NCBI GenBank assembly: GCA_964291315.2
Contig: OZ219750.1
Coordinates: 256,001-320,000 of the forward strand
Source of the DNA: Candidatus Poribacteria bacterium
GTDB lineage: Bacteria > Poribacteria > WGA-4E > WGA-3G
Length of the DNA: 64,000 bases
Direction of reading: 5' to 3'
The translations under genes and the position numbers were made by a program. A model generated the notes under the pieces. It had not been told where the DNA came from. It saw only the letters and a list, made by a program, of their open reading frames with translations, and did no database searches. Positions 31,013-40,944 of this stretch are shown in pieces (within the stretch, counting starts at the first letter, position 1; each line of letters opens with the position of its first letter).

Positions 31013-32167
31013 TTGGAATTACTCAGAAATACAAACTTCGATTTTATCAGTAAACACCGCGCTGGATTTGTGTTATCAGCGGTGGTCATCAGTATAGGTC
31101 TGATTTTCCTCATAATCCATCAAGGACCGAACTTTGGAATTGACTTTCGTGGTGGTGTTAAAATTCGGGCCAAGTTCAACAGGGTCGTTACGGAAGTCGA
31201 GTTGCAATCGAAACTTTCTGAAATCGGTTATGAACGTGCCAAGATCCAAATAGATGAAAGCAGAAACGAGGCGACTATCTCCATGGGGCACCGTCCGGAA
31301 TTTCAACAGCAGCTAGTTAATATACCCATCATGGCGGATCCGGGTGATGCAACTGCTACACGTCTACAGGTGGATAGCGCTGTCGAAAAATCACATCTCT
31401 TGGAAGTGGGTGAGACCGTTGAGCTTATTGATGGAGATCTGCGTCAGCGCAATGAGATTACCGCGCAGACCGTGGAAGATGGGGCAATTCAATTAACCTT
31501 CGCGAATCCGTTCGGGATTGATTTAAGCGAGAACGCCACCGTTCAGCTCCAAGCGAGTATCGGTAGGATTCTCACAGATGCGCTGCTTGAAGGCGGAACC
31601 GATTGGCGAGCGCTTGTTGGCGGTGTTAATGTTTCTGAAGTCGGTCCTAGTGTTGGCCGTGATCTGAAGTGGGCGGCACTGTGGTCTGTCCTCTGGTCGA
31701 TCATTATTTTGTTGGCTTACATTTCTTGGAGGTTTGAATTCCGATTTGCTATTGGAGCAATTGCTGCACTTGTCCACGATGTCCTAATTACTTTAGGGAT
31801 TTTCGCTGTGTTATCCAAAGAGATTAATCTGCCGACAGTCGCAGCATTTTTGACAATTATCGGGTATTCGCTCAACGACACAATTGTTGTATTTGACCGG
31901 ATACGAGAGAATTCCCAATCTTTGCGTGGCACCGATTACCTTACGGTGCTAAACCGAAGCATCAATCAATCGCTCAGTCGAACTTTTATTACATCTTTGA
32001 CAACCTTATTTGTTGTTTTAGTTATCTTTCTTGTTACTACTTCAGGAGAAGAGATTAACACGTTCGCCTTGGCCCTTATCGTCGGTGTATTGATCGGGAC
32101 CTACTCCTCAATCTTCATTGCGAGTCCTATTGTGTATCTCTGGAATCGCCGACAGCAGCCAGCTTAA
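31013..32167 (+). CDS. secF: Protein translocase subunit SecF
   Basis: FGIDFRGG, VGPSVG, ALVHDV, GYSLNDTIVVFDRIRE, GTYSSIFIA. Start set at in-frame TTG 31013 (ELLRNTNFDF); the ORF track extends it to 30917. Confidence 0.95.
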   Translation: MELLRNTNFDFISKHRAGFVLSAVVISIGLIFLIIHQGPNFGIDFRGGVKIRAKFNRVVTEVELQSKLSEIGYERAKIQIDESRNEATISMGHRPEFQQQLVNIPIMADPGDATATRLQVDSAVEKSHLLEVGETVELIDGDLRQRNEITAQTVEDGAIQLTFANPFGIDLSENATVQLQASIGRILTDALLEGGTDWRALVGGVNVSEVGPSVGRDLKWAALWSVLWSIIILLAYISWRFEFRFAIGAIAALVHDVLITLGIFAVLSKEINLPTVAAFLTIIGYSLNDTIVVFDRIRENSQSLRGTDYLTVLNRSINQSLSRTFITSLTTLFVVLVIFLVTTSGEEINTFALALIVGVLIGTYSSIFIASPIVYLWNRRQQPA

Positions 32168-32470
32168 TAATTGCTAGTTTTCAGTTATTGGTTATCAGTT
32201 AAAGAATGCTTTTTAGCGAGGATAAGACTATCGTTGCGTTTGATATTGCTCCCCTTACGCCCTTAAAGTTTTAGAGTATGATGAGACTGATCAGTAAATA
32301 GTCATTTAGCCCGTAAACACGGTGTTATGGTCGTTTCCCTTAACATTAAAGGGGCTATGTTCAAACTTGTGGGACATTGTGTATTATCAAGGATTCCACG
32401 TTTTTGAAAAGATTAGACAGGTACTACAATAAATTCTTGATATCGCAGTGACTAACAGATAAGTGCAACT

Positions 32471-33952
32471 TTGAAGACAACAAGGATGGATTTTCCAATG
32501 TCTGTTCCCCCTGAGAATCCTGTACGCATCATCGGTGAATCCGAATCGATGCAAGTGGTTTTGCGCCAAATTGAGCAGGTGGCACCGACGAAAGCGACTG
32601 TTCTCATCACAGGCGAAACGGGAGTTGGTAAAGATGTCGTCGCGCGGGCTATACACGAAAGTAGTTCTCGTAAGAATCAGCCTTTTAAGGCCATCAACTG
32701 TGGTGCCTTTTACGAGGACCTTCTTCAAAGTGAGCTCTTTGGGCATGAAAGAGGTGCTTTTACTGGTGCTACAAGCCAAAGGCGCGGTGTATTTGAGCAG
32801 GCAGACGGTGGCACCCTCTTTCTTGATGAGGTCGGCGAAATGTCTCTCGCAGTACAGGTAAAATTTCTCCGAGTCTTGGAGACCCAGGAATTTACTCGCC
32901 TTGGTGGCGAAAGGAACATTAAAGTTGATGTCCGAATTATCGCTGCCACGAACATCAACCTTGCTAAATCGGTTAAAGAGAGAAAGTTCAGGCAGGATCT
33001 CTATTACCGGCTCAATCTCTTTCGTATCCATATCCCTCCCCTACGCGAGCGGTACCAAGATATCTTACTCTTCGTCGATGCGTTCATTTCCGAATTAAGT
33101 GCAGCACATGGGAAGACAGTCACCGGTATAACGCCGGAGGCATGCTATTATCTTCAAAATGCAGCATGGCGTGGTAACGTCCGGCAGCTTAAGAACGCTG
33201 TTGAATCTGCTATCATTGTTGCTACAACTGATGAACTCCAACTCAAAGATTTTCCAATAGAGACGGAATATGAGCAGCTCGCCCCGCTGCCGGTTCAAGT
33301 TTCAGGTGCACAACTTGCCCACACACAGGTGGTTGGGCCGGACATCTCTGATGAGACTCAACTTGATCAACCGGGGACCTCCTTACAGGTCGTAGATACC
33401 GCTTCTAACGCGATCGCAACGGGAAATATAGCTGTTTACAAGACAATTCTGGGCCTTATCTTCTCCGCTATCCGATCGCTTGATTTATCTTCTACCACAA
33501 GTGATAATATGTTGCCCTTAATTCCTGATGAGGATACTAGTTGGATGCAGGTTAGCGAAACTGATGACGCAGCCGACATACTCAGGAAAACATTAGCGGT
33601 GCTTTCGACTATTGCTAAGGTGCTTGAAATTCATAGTCAGGAGGGGAGCCTGGCCCCGCTTGCAAGCCAATCTTCAAAAGTACCGATCGTTACAACCGTG
33701 AAGCCGCAAGGCGGGTCAAAAGAGGTGGAAAAACCTGTGGCTGTGTTTGATGAAGACATTATTGGCAAAGTTGGCATGACAATGGCAGAAATCGAACGTG
33801 CGGCTATCCAAAAGACCCTCGCCGAAACAGATGGAAATAAAACGGAAGCGGCAAAAATTCTTGACATTGGGGTCCGTACCCTACACCGAAAATTGGACAC
33901 TTACAGACAGGAAGCCGCGGAAAATTCAGGTGGTAACTTTGATGAGAAATAG
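32471..33952 (+). CDS. Sigma54-dependent enhancer-binding protein lacking an N-terminal regulatory domain
   Basis: GETGVGK, intact GAFTGA, LFLDEVGE, FRQDLYYRL, WRGNVRQL, C-terminal Fis-type HTH. Confidence 0.9.
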   Translation: MKTTRMDFPMSVPPENPVRIIGESESMQVVLRQIEQVAPTKATVLITGETGVGKDVVARAIHESSSRKNQPFKAINCGAFYEDLLQSELFGHERGAFTGATSQRRGVFEQADGGTLFLDEVGEMSLAVQVKFLRVLETQEFTRLGGERNIKVDVRIIAATNINLAKSVKERKFRQDLYYRLNLFRIHIPPLRERYQDILLFVDAFISELSAAHGKTVTGITPEACYYLQNAAWRGNVRQLKNAVESAIIVATTDELQLKDFPIETEYEQLAPLPVQVSGAQLAHTQVVGPDISDETQLDQPGTSLQVVDTASNAIATGNIAVYKTILGLIFSAIRSLDLSSTTSDNMLPLIPDEDTSWMQVSETDDAADILRKTLAVLSTIAKVLEIHSQEGSLAPLASQSSKVPIVTTVKPQGGSKEVEKPVAVFDEDIIGKVGMTMAEIERAAIQKTLAETDGNKTEAAKILDIGVRTLHRKLDTYRQEAAENSGGNFDEK

Positions 33953-33955
33953 CGT

Positions 33956-36622
33956 TTATTGGTCTGATACCGCGCTATAATAAATCGCGTTGAAGAGCAG
34001 CTTAAAAGTTCCATGAGATTGTCCACGTTGCTGTGGTTTAAAACCAAAGAGTACCACGCGCCCCGCTCCAAGCTGCGTTTCTAACAGTGCGGTTTTCTGC
34101 CGAATCCGTTTCTCTCCTTCGAGCCATCCACTCATCAACGGGTTGAATTCTGGATACGTCGCTACGGCTTTCACATCCCCGCGCACACCGTCAAAGACAG
34201 GTCCTGATTTAAAGAAAATCGCCATGTCTCGATCCAGTCCATACCCTATCGGATGCTTGGTATCTATGCGGACGCGTAAGAGGGAGCCGGGACAAAAGAA
34301 AGTATTTGCTTTGGACTGATTTGCTTTTTCGACCACATTGACGATGCCCTTTTCACCAAGTCCAAAGTATTCCAAAGGGAGTTCTGCTGCTTGATTCAAG
34401 CAGATAAGTGTACCACCATCCTCTACGAAGGCGCGTAGATTCGCTAGTCCCTGTGTGCCTATACCACCGACGTATTCCGCTGGTAACTTTCCCGGTGCGT
34501 GTCCGTTGAGTATACCGGAAGTGCTCATATCTGGCAAGATGATTGCATCGTAGCGATCTTCCAAATTTCCTGCCTGAATTTCTGCGTTTGTGAGGCTGTT
34601 ATAGGTGAACGCGTGTGTATCTAAAACCCACCGTGTCCATCCTTCGTCTATGCTTGCTGTCCACGGTTTGTAAAGTCCTAGACGCGGCATATTCAGTTTT
34701 GAAAGTCTGCCTAATATTTTTTTATCTATAAAAGCTTCAGCGTAGATGTGGGTACCGAATTCCGCCGCGAGTGTTTCCATTTCCTCGGTCGCCTGTGACT
34801 GCGGGGTTGCGGTTCTAATCAGAATTGCCCCTCGGGGCAATATTTTGTCCCTGATCTTTATCTCCCGATTTGTGCTATATAATGTATATTTTGGGTTATT
34901 ATCCGCTAACTTCTCGTGAAACAGATGATTGAGAACTGTCGCTTCAACGTTCGTTCGATTTTCAAGCAGGTAACCCCATGGTTCAGACGCATGCACCAGC
35001 CTCCCTTTTATCTTGGGTAACACGGGTACCTGACTTAGGTCTGCTTCAAAGGGATGTACAACTGGTATCGTTCTGACTCCCATCTGTAGCGGCAGTGTCC
35101 ATCCCGCGATGTCGTAAGGACGTTCGGGCGGTGATTCCGGCGACGGGCGGCGTTCTGGGTAACGTTGAGCTTCAAGCAGGTCCTTCGCGTGTGCTCGAAA
35201 CGGTTGGGACATTAAAACAACATAAGTTTCCGCGGGATACTCTACGCCGTCTGCAGTGAACGGTGAGTTTGCCTGATGAATTTCTACACCGCCATGTTTC
35301 AAAATGTCTAACATCTTAAGAGTTGTGTGAATGTCGCGTTGTTGTGTCGGAATGAGAAATGCCCGGGGCGGTCCATTTTTTCCTTCTGCTATTGCTTTGA
35401 GTCCCATCTTGTAGAAGTTAGTTTTCAGCATGACCCGATGCTCTGCCACGAAATCGAGAATTGAGAGTGCAGCAGCTTTTTCATATTCTACGATATTTCG
35501 TAATCTCCACCAGCCCCCGGGCCACGGTTCCGGAAAATTCGTACGAAGCGTGTATTCATCTAGCCCGCGCTGATAACCCTTTAAGGTATGATACGGTTGG
35601 AAAATTGGGGTTGCTATCTCTACGCGTGCTGCTTCTGTCAAAATACCTACCATATTGTGCCGGTACGGGACTGTCCGGAATCCACCGTGCCACCATGTAT
35701 CGTAGACTGCATTCGAAAGTACTCCTGTGAATCCTTTACTCGTCAAGTCGAAAGCGAGCTGTGCGCCGATTAATGAAAGCGTTCGTTGTAGCAGAGGGGG
35801 TATATTCGGGTTAACTGGTTCAAAATATGGTGGGATTACAAACCGGGGTCCCCGATAACTCATCTCATGTATGTCATAAACGACTTCGGGAAACCACTTC
35901 TCGTAAAGCACGCGTGTGAGAATCTGTGTCTCTGTCTGTGTTAGCATAAACCAATCCCGATTGTTATCGTGTCCTGTATATTTATGATACAACCAGGGGA
36001 TTTCTGAACCTTCATACGGAGTACCAACGGTGAGGTTATACCAGTCGGTTACGATATTCAAACCGTCAGGATTCGCGGAGGGAATCAATAGGATTATCAC
36101 ATTCTCAAGAATTTTTCGGATTTGTGGTGTTGCAGCTCTTGCGAATTCGTGCGCAAATTCCATTGACATTTGAGAGGAGGCGATTTCTGTGGAATGTAGA
36201 TTACAGTTAATCAGGACCACCGCTTTACCCTCTTGTGCAAGGGCATCTAATTCCTCTTTTCCCTTTTCCGTTGTGGGTGTACTGGGTGTCGCGAGTTGTC
36301 TTTGAATTGTTTGATAGTGCGCCAGATTCTCCAGGTTTTCCGGGGCGGAAATTAGCAGCATTAGAAAATCGTTGCCTTCTGTTGTTTGTCCGAGTTCTTC
36401 TAACAGAATCCGATCTGAGTTATCAGCGACATGCCGCATGTACTCGGAAACTGCCTGCCATCCTGCCACTTTGTAGTCTGTACCGACCTGAAATCCGAGG
36501 GACTCTTCTGGCGACACCAGCTGTGCAAGGGATTTCCCGTGTATGAACGCTGGGCAGATGAGTGATATGATGAATATAAACCAGCATGTTATATTTTCAA
36601 CTTTCGGCAGATATTTTTTCAT
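33956..36622 (-). CDS. Secreted M14 zinc carboxypeptidase-like protein
   Basis: HSTE (HxxE), NPDG, DNNRDW, DIHEM; C-terminal DEGWTRW / GATase-like domain. Confidence 0.85.
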   Translation of the reverse strand: MKKYLPKVENITCWFIFIISLICPAFIHGKSLAQLVSPEESLGFQVGTDYKVAGWQAVSEYMRHVADNSDRILLEELGQTTEGNDFLMLLISAPENLENLAHYQTIQRQLATPSTPTTEKGKEELDALAQEGKAVVLINCNLHSTEIASSQMSMEFAHEFARAATPQIRKILENVIILLIPSANPDGLNIVTDWYNLTVGTPYEGSEIPWLYHKYTGHDNNRDWFMLTQTETQILTRVLYEKWFPEVVYDIHEMSYRGPRFVIPPYFEPVNPNIPPLLQRTLSLIGAQLAFDLTSKGFTGVLSNAVYDTWWHGGFRTVPYRHNMVGILTEAARVEIATPIFQPYHTLKGYQRGLDEYTLRTNFPEPWPGGWWRLRNIVEYEKAAALSILDFVAEHRVMLKTNFYKMGLKAIAEGKNGPPRAFLIPTQQRDIHTTLKMLDILKHGGVEIHQANSPFTADGVEYPAETYVVLMSQPFRAHAKDLLEAQRYPERRPSPESPPERPYDIAGWTLPLQMGVRTIPVVHPFEADLSQVPVLPKIKGRLVHASEPWGYLLENRTNVEATVLNHLFHEKLADNNPKYTLYSTNREIKIRDKILPRGAILIRTATPQSQATEEMETLAAEFGTHIYAEAFIDKKILGRLSKLNMPRLGLYKPWTASIDEGWTRWVLDTHAFTYNSLTNAEIQAGNLEDRYDAIILPDMSTSGILNGHAPGKLPAEYVGGIGTQGLANLRAFVEDGGTLICLNQAAELPLEYFGLGEKGIVNVVEKANQSKANTFFCPGSLLRVRIDTKHPIGYGLDRDMAIFFKSGPVFDGVRGDVKAVATYPEFNPLMSGWLEGEKRIRQKTALLETQLGAGRVVLFGFKPQQRGQSHGTFKLLFNAIYYSAVSDQ

Positions 36623-36982
36623 AATAGATTTACTCGATGTGGAAATGGGCTCCTAGAGTGTCTCCTTTTTAAGGATTTTCATCAGAGAGATGTGGGTCAG
36701 TATAACCGAAAATGAGCAGCATGTCAACACGATTTATTAATCAGGAATGTGTCGAAATTTTGAGACTAAATCCTCATTCTGACGATCCCCTGCCAAAATA
36801 TTTATACGTTCTTCAAAAATCCACGCTTGACTTTTCCAAGCTTTTATAGTATCGTCTTATAGAGATGTTTTCTTATATAGTGTTGTAGTCTGCACCTGAC
36901 AGCTTGATGTTGCAACACACTAATTTCTATGTTAAGACGGTTACTTTTATAAAATATTTTTCCAGGAGGAAAACGGTACGTA

Positions 36983-38179
36983 ATGAAGACGGTTGTAATT
37001 ATCGCACTGGCCGTGCTATTGTTTGTGAGTCTTGGCTGCGAAACGAAACAGAGGGGGCCGAGCAATTTATCTGTGGGCCGGAGTAAATTGATTGATAGCG
37101 GGAACGCCTTGGAAGCCGTTGAGCTTCTTGAAAAAGCGGAGCAAGAAGAGGTGAATAAGCTTGAATCGCGCGCGTTACTCATTATTGCCTATTCTCATGG
37201 GCTTACCACTGGAGCTGCTAGTGGCCACGGCGTTGAAGCCAAGTTCAAAAATCAACGGATTCAGCGGATACAAGAACTTACTGAGGCTGAGGTGAAGCAG
37301 ATCCTGCAGATTCTCAGTACACCGTCGCGGGTGCAAAAGGCAGGTTTGCAGATCTTAATAGATAAGGGACCCGAAGCATCGTCTGTAATTCTCGAGAGTC
37401 TTGCCAAGGGGAGGTACCCGGCACTTCACGAAAATTTTACAGAGATACTTGTCCAGATAGGTTCTGACGGTATGGACGGGATTTTAGCGCAGCTTACCGA
37501 TGAAATCACCGCGCCTACTGTCAAGGCTAAGCTTGTGCAGGTGCTCTCTAAGATCGGTGACACGAAAGCCATAGATGCCTTAAAGACACTACAAAGTGGA
37601 ACAAGCGACCTCGCCCTGGCAATGGAAATTAACGTGACGCTCTATCAGCTCGGCGAGGTTTCATACAGAAACGACATCATCGCTGGCTTAAGCCATAATG
37701 ATGTTGCGGTCCGACGTGCTGCTACGAAAGCCTTGGTGAATATTGAAGATGTATCGCCGAAAACACTCGTTGCTGCACTCAAGGACGATGACTCTGATGT
37801 CGTCACATCTGTTGTAAAAGCACTCGCGGTTCATCAGGATGCTGCTGCTGTTGATGCGCTTCTGGATATCCTCACTAGTGAATTAAGCAGGGATCCAAAG
37901 CAAGCAGCGATTAATACCCTTGATATTTATGGGCAGAACAAACTCACTGGTGGGTTGGCGGAACGGATCACGATGCAGCTTGTTGGTGGAACTGTTAGTG
38001 ATCCGGACAATCGCTTCTATCTTGTGCAGCTTCTCAAGAGAGAACCGTTTCTAAAACAGATTCGGGCATTGGAATCAATTGAGGGTCTCACCTCCAAGCT
38101 CTATCAATACTACCAGAGTGAGGAGACTGAAACGCTCGTTAAGACGGCGCTAAAACAGCTCCTTGATGCACTTGAATAA
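36983..38179 (+). CDS. HEAT-repeat lipoprotein (paralogue 1)
   Basis: Lipobox SLGC; HEAT/PBS-like repeats (VRRAATKAL, LVAALKDDDSDV); RBS AGGAGG. Confidence 0.8.
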   Translation: MKTVVIIALAVLLFVSLGCETKQRGPSNLSVGRSKLIDSGNALEAVELLEKAEQEEVNKLESRALLIIAYSHGLTTGAASGHGVEAKFKNQRIQRIQELTEAEVKQILQILSTPSRVQKAGLQILIDKGPEASSVILESLAKGRYPALHENFTEILVQIGSDGMDGILAQLTDEITAPTVKAKLVQVLSKIGDTKAIDALKTLQSGTSDLALAMEINVTLYQLGEVSYRNDIIAGLSHNDVAVRRAATKALVNIEDVSPKTLVAALKDDDSDVVTSVVKALAVHQDAAAVDALLDILTSELSRDPKQAAINTLDIYGQNKLTGGLAERITMQLVGGTVSDPDNRFYLVQLLKREPFLKQIRALESIEGLTSKLYQYYQSEETETLVKTALKQLLDALE

Positions 38180-38277
38180 TTGCCAGCTATAGGGCTGTCC
38201 CTTTCACAATTTTGCTGCGGATACTGTTCGGATTGTATCTTTTGCAAGTTATTCGTGTTAATTTTCTCTTAAATTTG

Positions 38278-38306
38278 TTGACAGGAAAATGTATCTATTG
38301 TAAAAT
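38278..38306 (+). promoter_or_regulatory. Sigma70-type promoter
   Basis: TTGACA - 17 bp - TAAAAT, about 280 bp upstream of the next ATG. Confidence 0.6.
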
Positions 38307-38319
38307 GCTCTTTGCATCA

Positions 38320-38550
38320 TAATTTGTCCGAATCGGTAGCCTCTGGCGGGTAGATGTGAAAAAGGTTATAGACGAAAGGCGTTAATCGTCTTCGCATGCA
38401 AACTTCGCCCTGCTTTGAAGTTCACAAGCCACAATTAGAAGAGGTAAGTTGATCGTTTCTTAATTCAGGAACAATGCGCTATTGGACTGGGCGCTACGCT
38501 CATCATCTACATAAAGTATGTATGCTATAAGAGGCACAAACCGGCAAGTC
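38320..38550 (+). ncRNA. Candidate structured RNA (unclassified)
   Basis: Nested stems CGGT/ACCG, GCCTCT/AGAGGC and GTAGATG/CATCTAC enclosing four hairpins; directly downstream of a promoter; no ORF in the track. Confidence 0.45.
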
Positions 38551-38585
38551 TAATCGAGATTCCAGGAGGAAAAGATAAACGCAAC

Positions 38586-39773
38586 ATGAAAAAAAAAATG
38601 ATGATATTACTGCTTATAGGGGTTGTAAGCTTCGGATGCAGGCAGGAACAGGTCATCACCCAACTTGAAGTCGGAAGGGGTAAGTTGTTTGCAGGACTCT
38701 CGCTTGAGGCGGTCCAACACCTTGAGCGTGCTGAACAGGAGGAAGAAAATAAGGTTGAACCTCGCGTACTTCTGATTCTTGCTTATAGTAATGCTATTTC
38801 AACCGGTGCTGCTAAAAGCCATAATGTAGAGTCCGTATACGAAAGTGAACGGGACCGCCGCGTTGGTCAATTGGGTGAGTATGAAATAAAGAAGATTCTG
38901 CAATTTCTCGGCGAACGCCATAGAGTCCAAAAGGATGCCATACAGGTACTGATTGATAGGGGGGTGCCGGCCGTGCCTTTCGTTTTGGAAGACCTCGTTA
39001 AAAATCGGTATCGCGTCGTTCATGGCGACTTCATTAAAATTTTGACAGGAATCGGCGGCCCCGCTATTAACGACATCCTGAAACTGGCTAACGATAGTAA
39101 CACATCTCTTGATGTGAAGATTCGGCTCGTACGTATCATAGGAGACATAGGTGACGCGTCCGCCACCACGGGATTAGAAGCACTCCAAAATTCAACCGCT
39201 GATGAAGGTCTGAAGATGGAAATTAACACCGCTCTTTATCACATTGGCGACGAAGGCTCCGAAGATAAAATTGTAGCAGGCTTGACTGATGATAATGTTG
39301 TTGTCCGACGCGCCGCCGCGAAATCTATGGTGTTCCTCAAGGAACGTCCGACAGACAAGCTGATTACTGCGCTTGATGATGTTGATGATACCGTGCGTAT
39401 GTACATGGCCGAGGCTTTGCGAAAACATCCTGATGCCGGTGCTGTTGACAACCTACTAGCAATCCTCACGAACGGGTCGAGTCTCAACACGAAGCAGGCT
39501 TCTATCGATACGTTAAACCATTACGCAGAAAATGGTTTCGCTGATGGACTAGCCCCACGTTTAATCACGATACTGACAAACCCCGAGGTCGTCAACCATG
39601 AAGATAGACTCCGTATTGTTCAACTTCTCAAGAAACCTGCTTTGCTAAAGCAGATCGCGGAGGCTGATCAGTACGATAATCTGCCTCATAAACTTGATGT
39701 TTTCTTCAGGGAGACAGAAACTAACGATATGGTCAAAGATGCCCTCAATGAACTCCTACTTCAAATTGAGTAG
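38586..39773 (+). CDS. HEAT-repeat lipoprotein (paralogue 2)
   Basis: Lipobox SFGC; colinear with the 36983 protein; HEAT repeats; RBS AGGAGG. Confidence 0.8.
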   Translation: MKKKMMILLLIGVVSFGCRQEQVITQLEVGRGKLFAGLSLEAVQHLERAEQEEENKVEPRVLLILAYSNAISTGAAKSHNVESVYESERDRRVGQLGEYEIKKILQFLGERHRVQKDAIQVLIDRGVPAVPFVLEDLVKNRYRVVHGDFIKILTGIGGPAINDILKLANDSNTSLDVKIRLVRIIGDIGDASATTGLEALQNSTADEGLKMEINTALYHIGDEGSEDKIVAGLTDDNVVVRRAAAKSMVFLKERPTDKLITALDDVDDTVRMYMAEALRKHPDAGAVDNLLAILTNGSSLNTKQASIDTLNHYAENGFADGLAPRLITILTNPEVVNHEDRLRIVQLLKKPALLKQIAEADQYDNLPHKLDVFFRETETNDMVKDALNELLLQIE

Positions 39774-39805
39774 GCAAACCGAAACGCATTAGAAAGGAAA
39801 AAAGG

Positions 39806-40648
39806 ATGAGAATTCTACAGAGGGTCCTCTGTTTATCACTTATGAGTATCGCTGTCCTCTTTTTCAGTGCCGATACGCACTCACACTCGGACTCGCACCC
39901 CTCCGCTACAAAAGCGGACATTCCACAGTGGAAAAAGCATCTTAAAGCGTTTGAGGTGCTCATTGAGACAGAATCTGATTTCGCTGCCACCGAACTCACA
40001 AAGGTCGCTGAAACCTTGTTTGAAAAACACAGGCATGTAGACGAATGGAAAGCCCTCTATTACCGTCTCAGCCGGGATAAGAAAGGCAGCATAGCCGATC
40101 ATAAACGCGTCTGTGAATTAGTCCTCGAAATGCTCACCGACATTGACACTCAAAAGCATCAGGCGGAAATACAACGTTTTGAAAAAAGAGTCAAATATTA
40201 CGATCACCTTGCAAAACAACTCGAAAGTAAAGGGGAATCTCCTACTAACGTAACCGCTGAACTGACAAGGTTCCAACTGCGTGATGTCTGGATGGATGAT
40301 ATTGAAGCCCTCGATAAGCACATCAAAGTCTTTCATGAACTCCTACCGAAAGACAAAAAAGCCGCGCGCGCCGAACTCGATGCATACGCAACCGTTCAGT
40401 TTGGTGAGCATCCTCTCGTGGAGGAATGGACGGACATACTTTTTCAGATGAGTGTAGAGGGGAGTGGGAAACTTCCGACCTATATTCGGATGTGTCAACT
40501 GCAACTTCAAATGTATAAAGAGGTGAACGCTGAGAAGTATGCCGACCAAATTGCTGCGTATGAATCCGCTCTCAAACGACTCGAAGCAACAGGCACTAAT
40601 AATGGTGAGGATCTTGACATAGAATTTCGACTCTCGAGCCGCTATTAG
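39806..40648 (+). CDS. Secreted hypothetical helical protein with an internal duplication
   Basis: Signal peptide, HSHSDSH stretch, two similar halves of about 120 aa. Confidence 0.7.
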   Translation: MRILQRVLCLSLMSIAVLFFSADTHSHSDSHPSATKADIPQWKKHLKAFEVLIETESDFAATELTKVAETLFEKHRHVDEWKALYYRLSRDKKGSIADHKRVCELVLEMLTDIDTQKHQAEIQRFEKRVKYYDHLAKQLESKGESPTNVTAELTRFQLRDVWMDDIEALDKHIKVFHELLPKDKKAARAELDAYATVQFGEHPLVEEWTDILFQMSVEGSGKLPTYIRMCQLQLQMYKEVNAEKYADQIAAYESALKRLEATGTNNGEDLDIEFRLSSRY

Positions 40649-40652
40649 CTGT

Positions 40653-40932
40653 ATAGAACTCATCTAACTTGCTTGTGCAACCGCAGGTGAAGGTTTTAAT
40701 ATCCTTGTTGATGCATATACTTATCATGAAGTCATCACTTTTCTGAACCAAGCCAGCAACTGTGAGATGTTTTGGATTAAGGAGATGTTTGACGAGGGTG
40801 TTGAATTGTATTGTAACCTAAGGGCTTTCATCCAAGAGAGGGCTTGAAAACACTCATTGCCGGCAGTGAAACTCGCACACGCGAACTGTTCGAATTTTAC
40901 GATCCATTCTTTGAAGAGGAATCTGCCAGCTA
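40653..40932 (+). pseudogene. Mandelate racemase/enolase-superfamily gene fragment
   Basis: IELI*LACATAGEGFNILVDA..FWIKEMFDE..LRAFIQER / frameshift / GLKTLIAGSE; resembles the LVDAN, WIEE and IADGE metal-ligand motifs. Confidence 0.6.
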
Positions 40933-40944
40933 AAGCTAGCAGAG

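Noticed and set aside
32387-33031. 214-aa minus-strand ORF
   Set aside because: Antisense shadow of the conserved sigma54 AAA+ domain.
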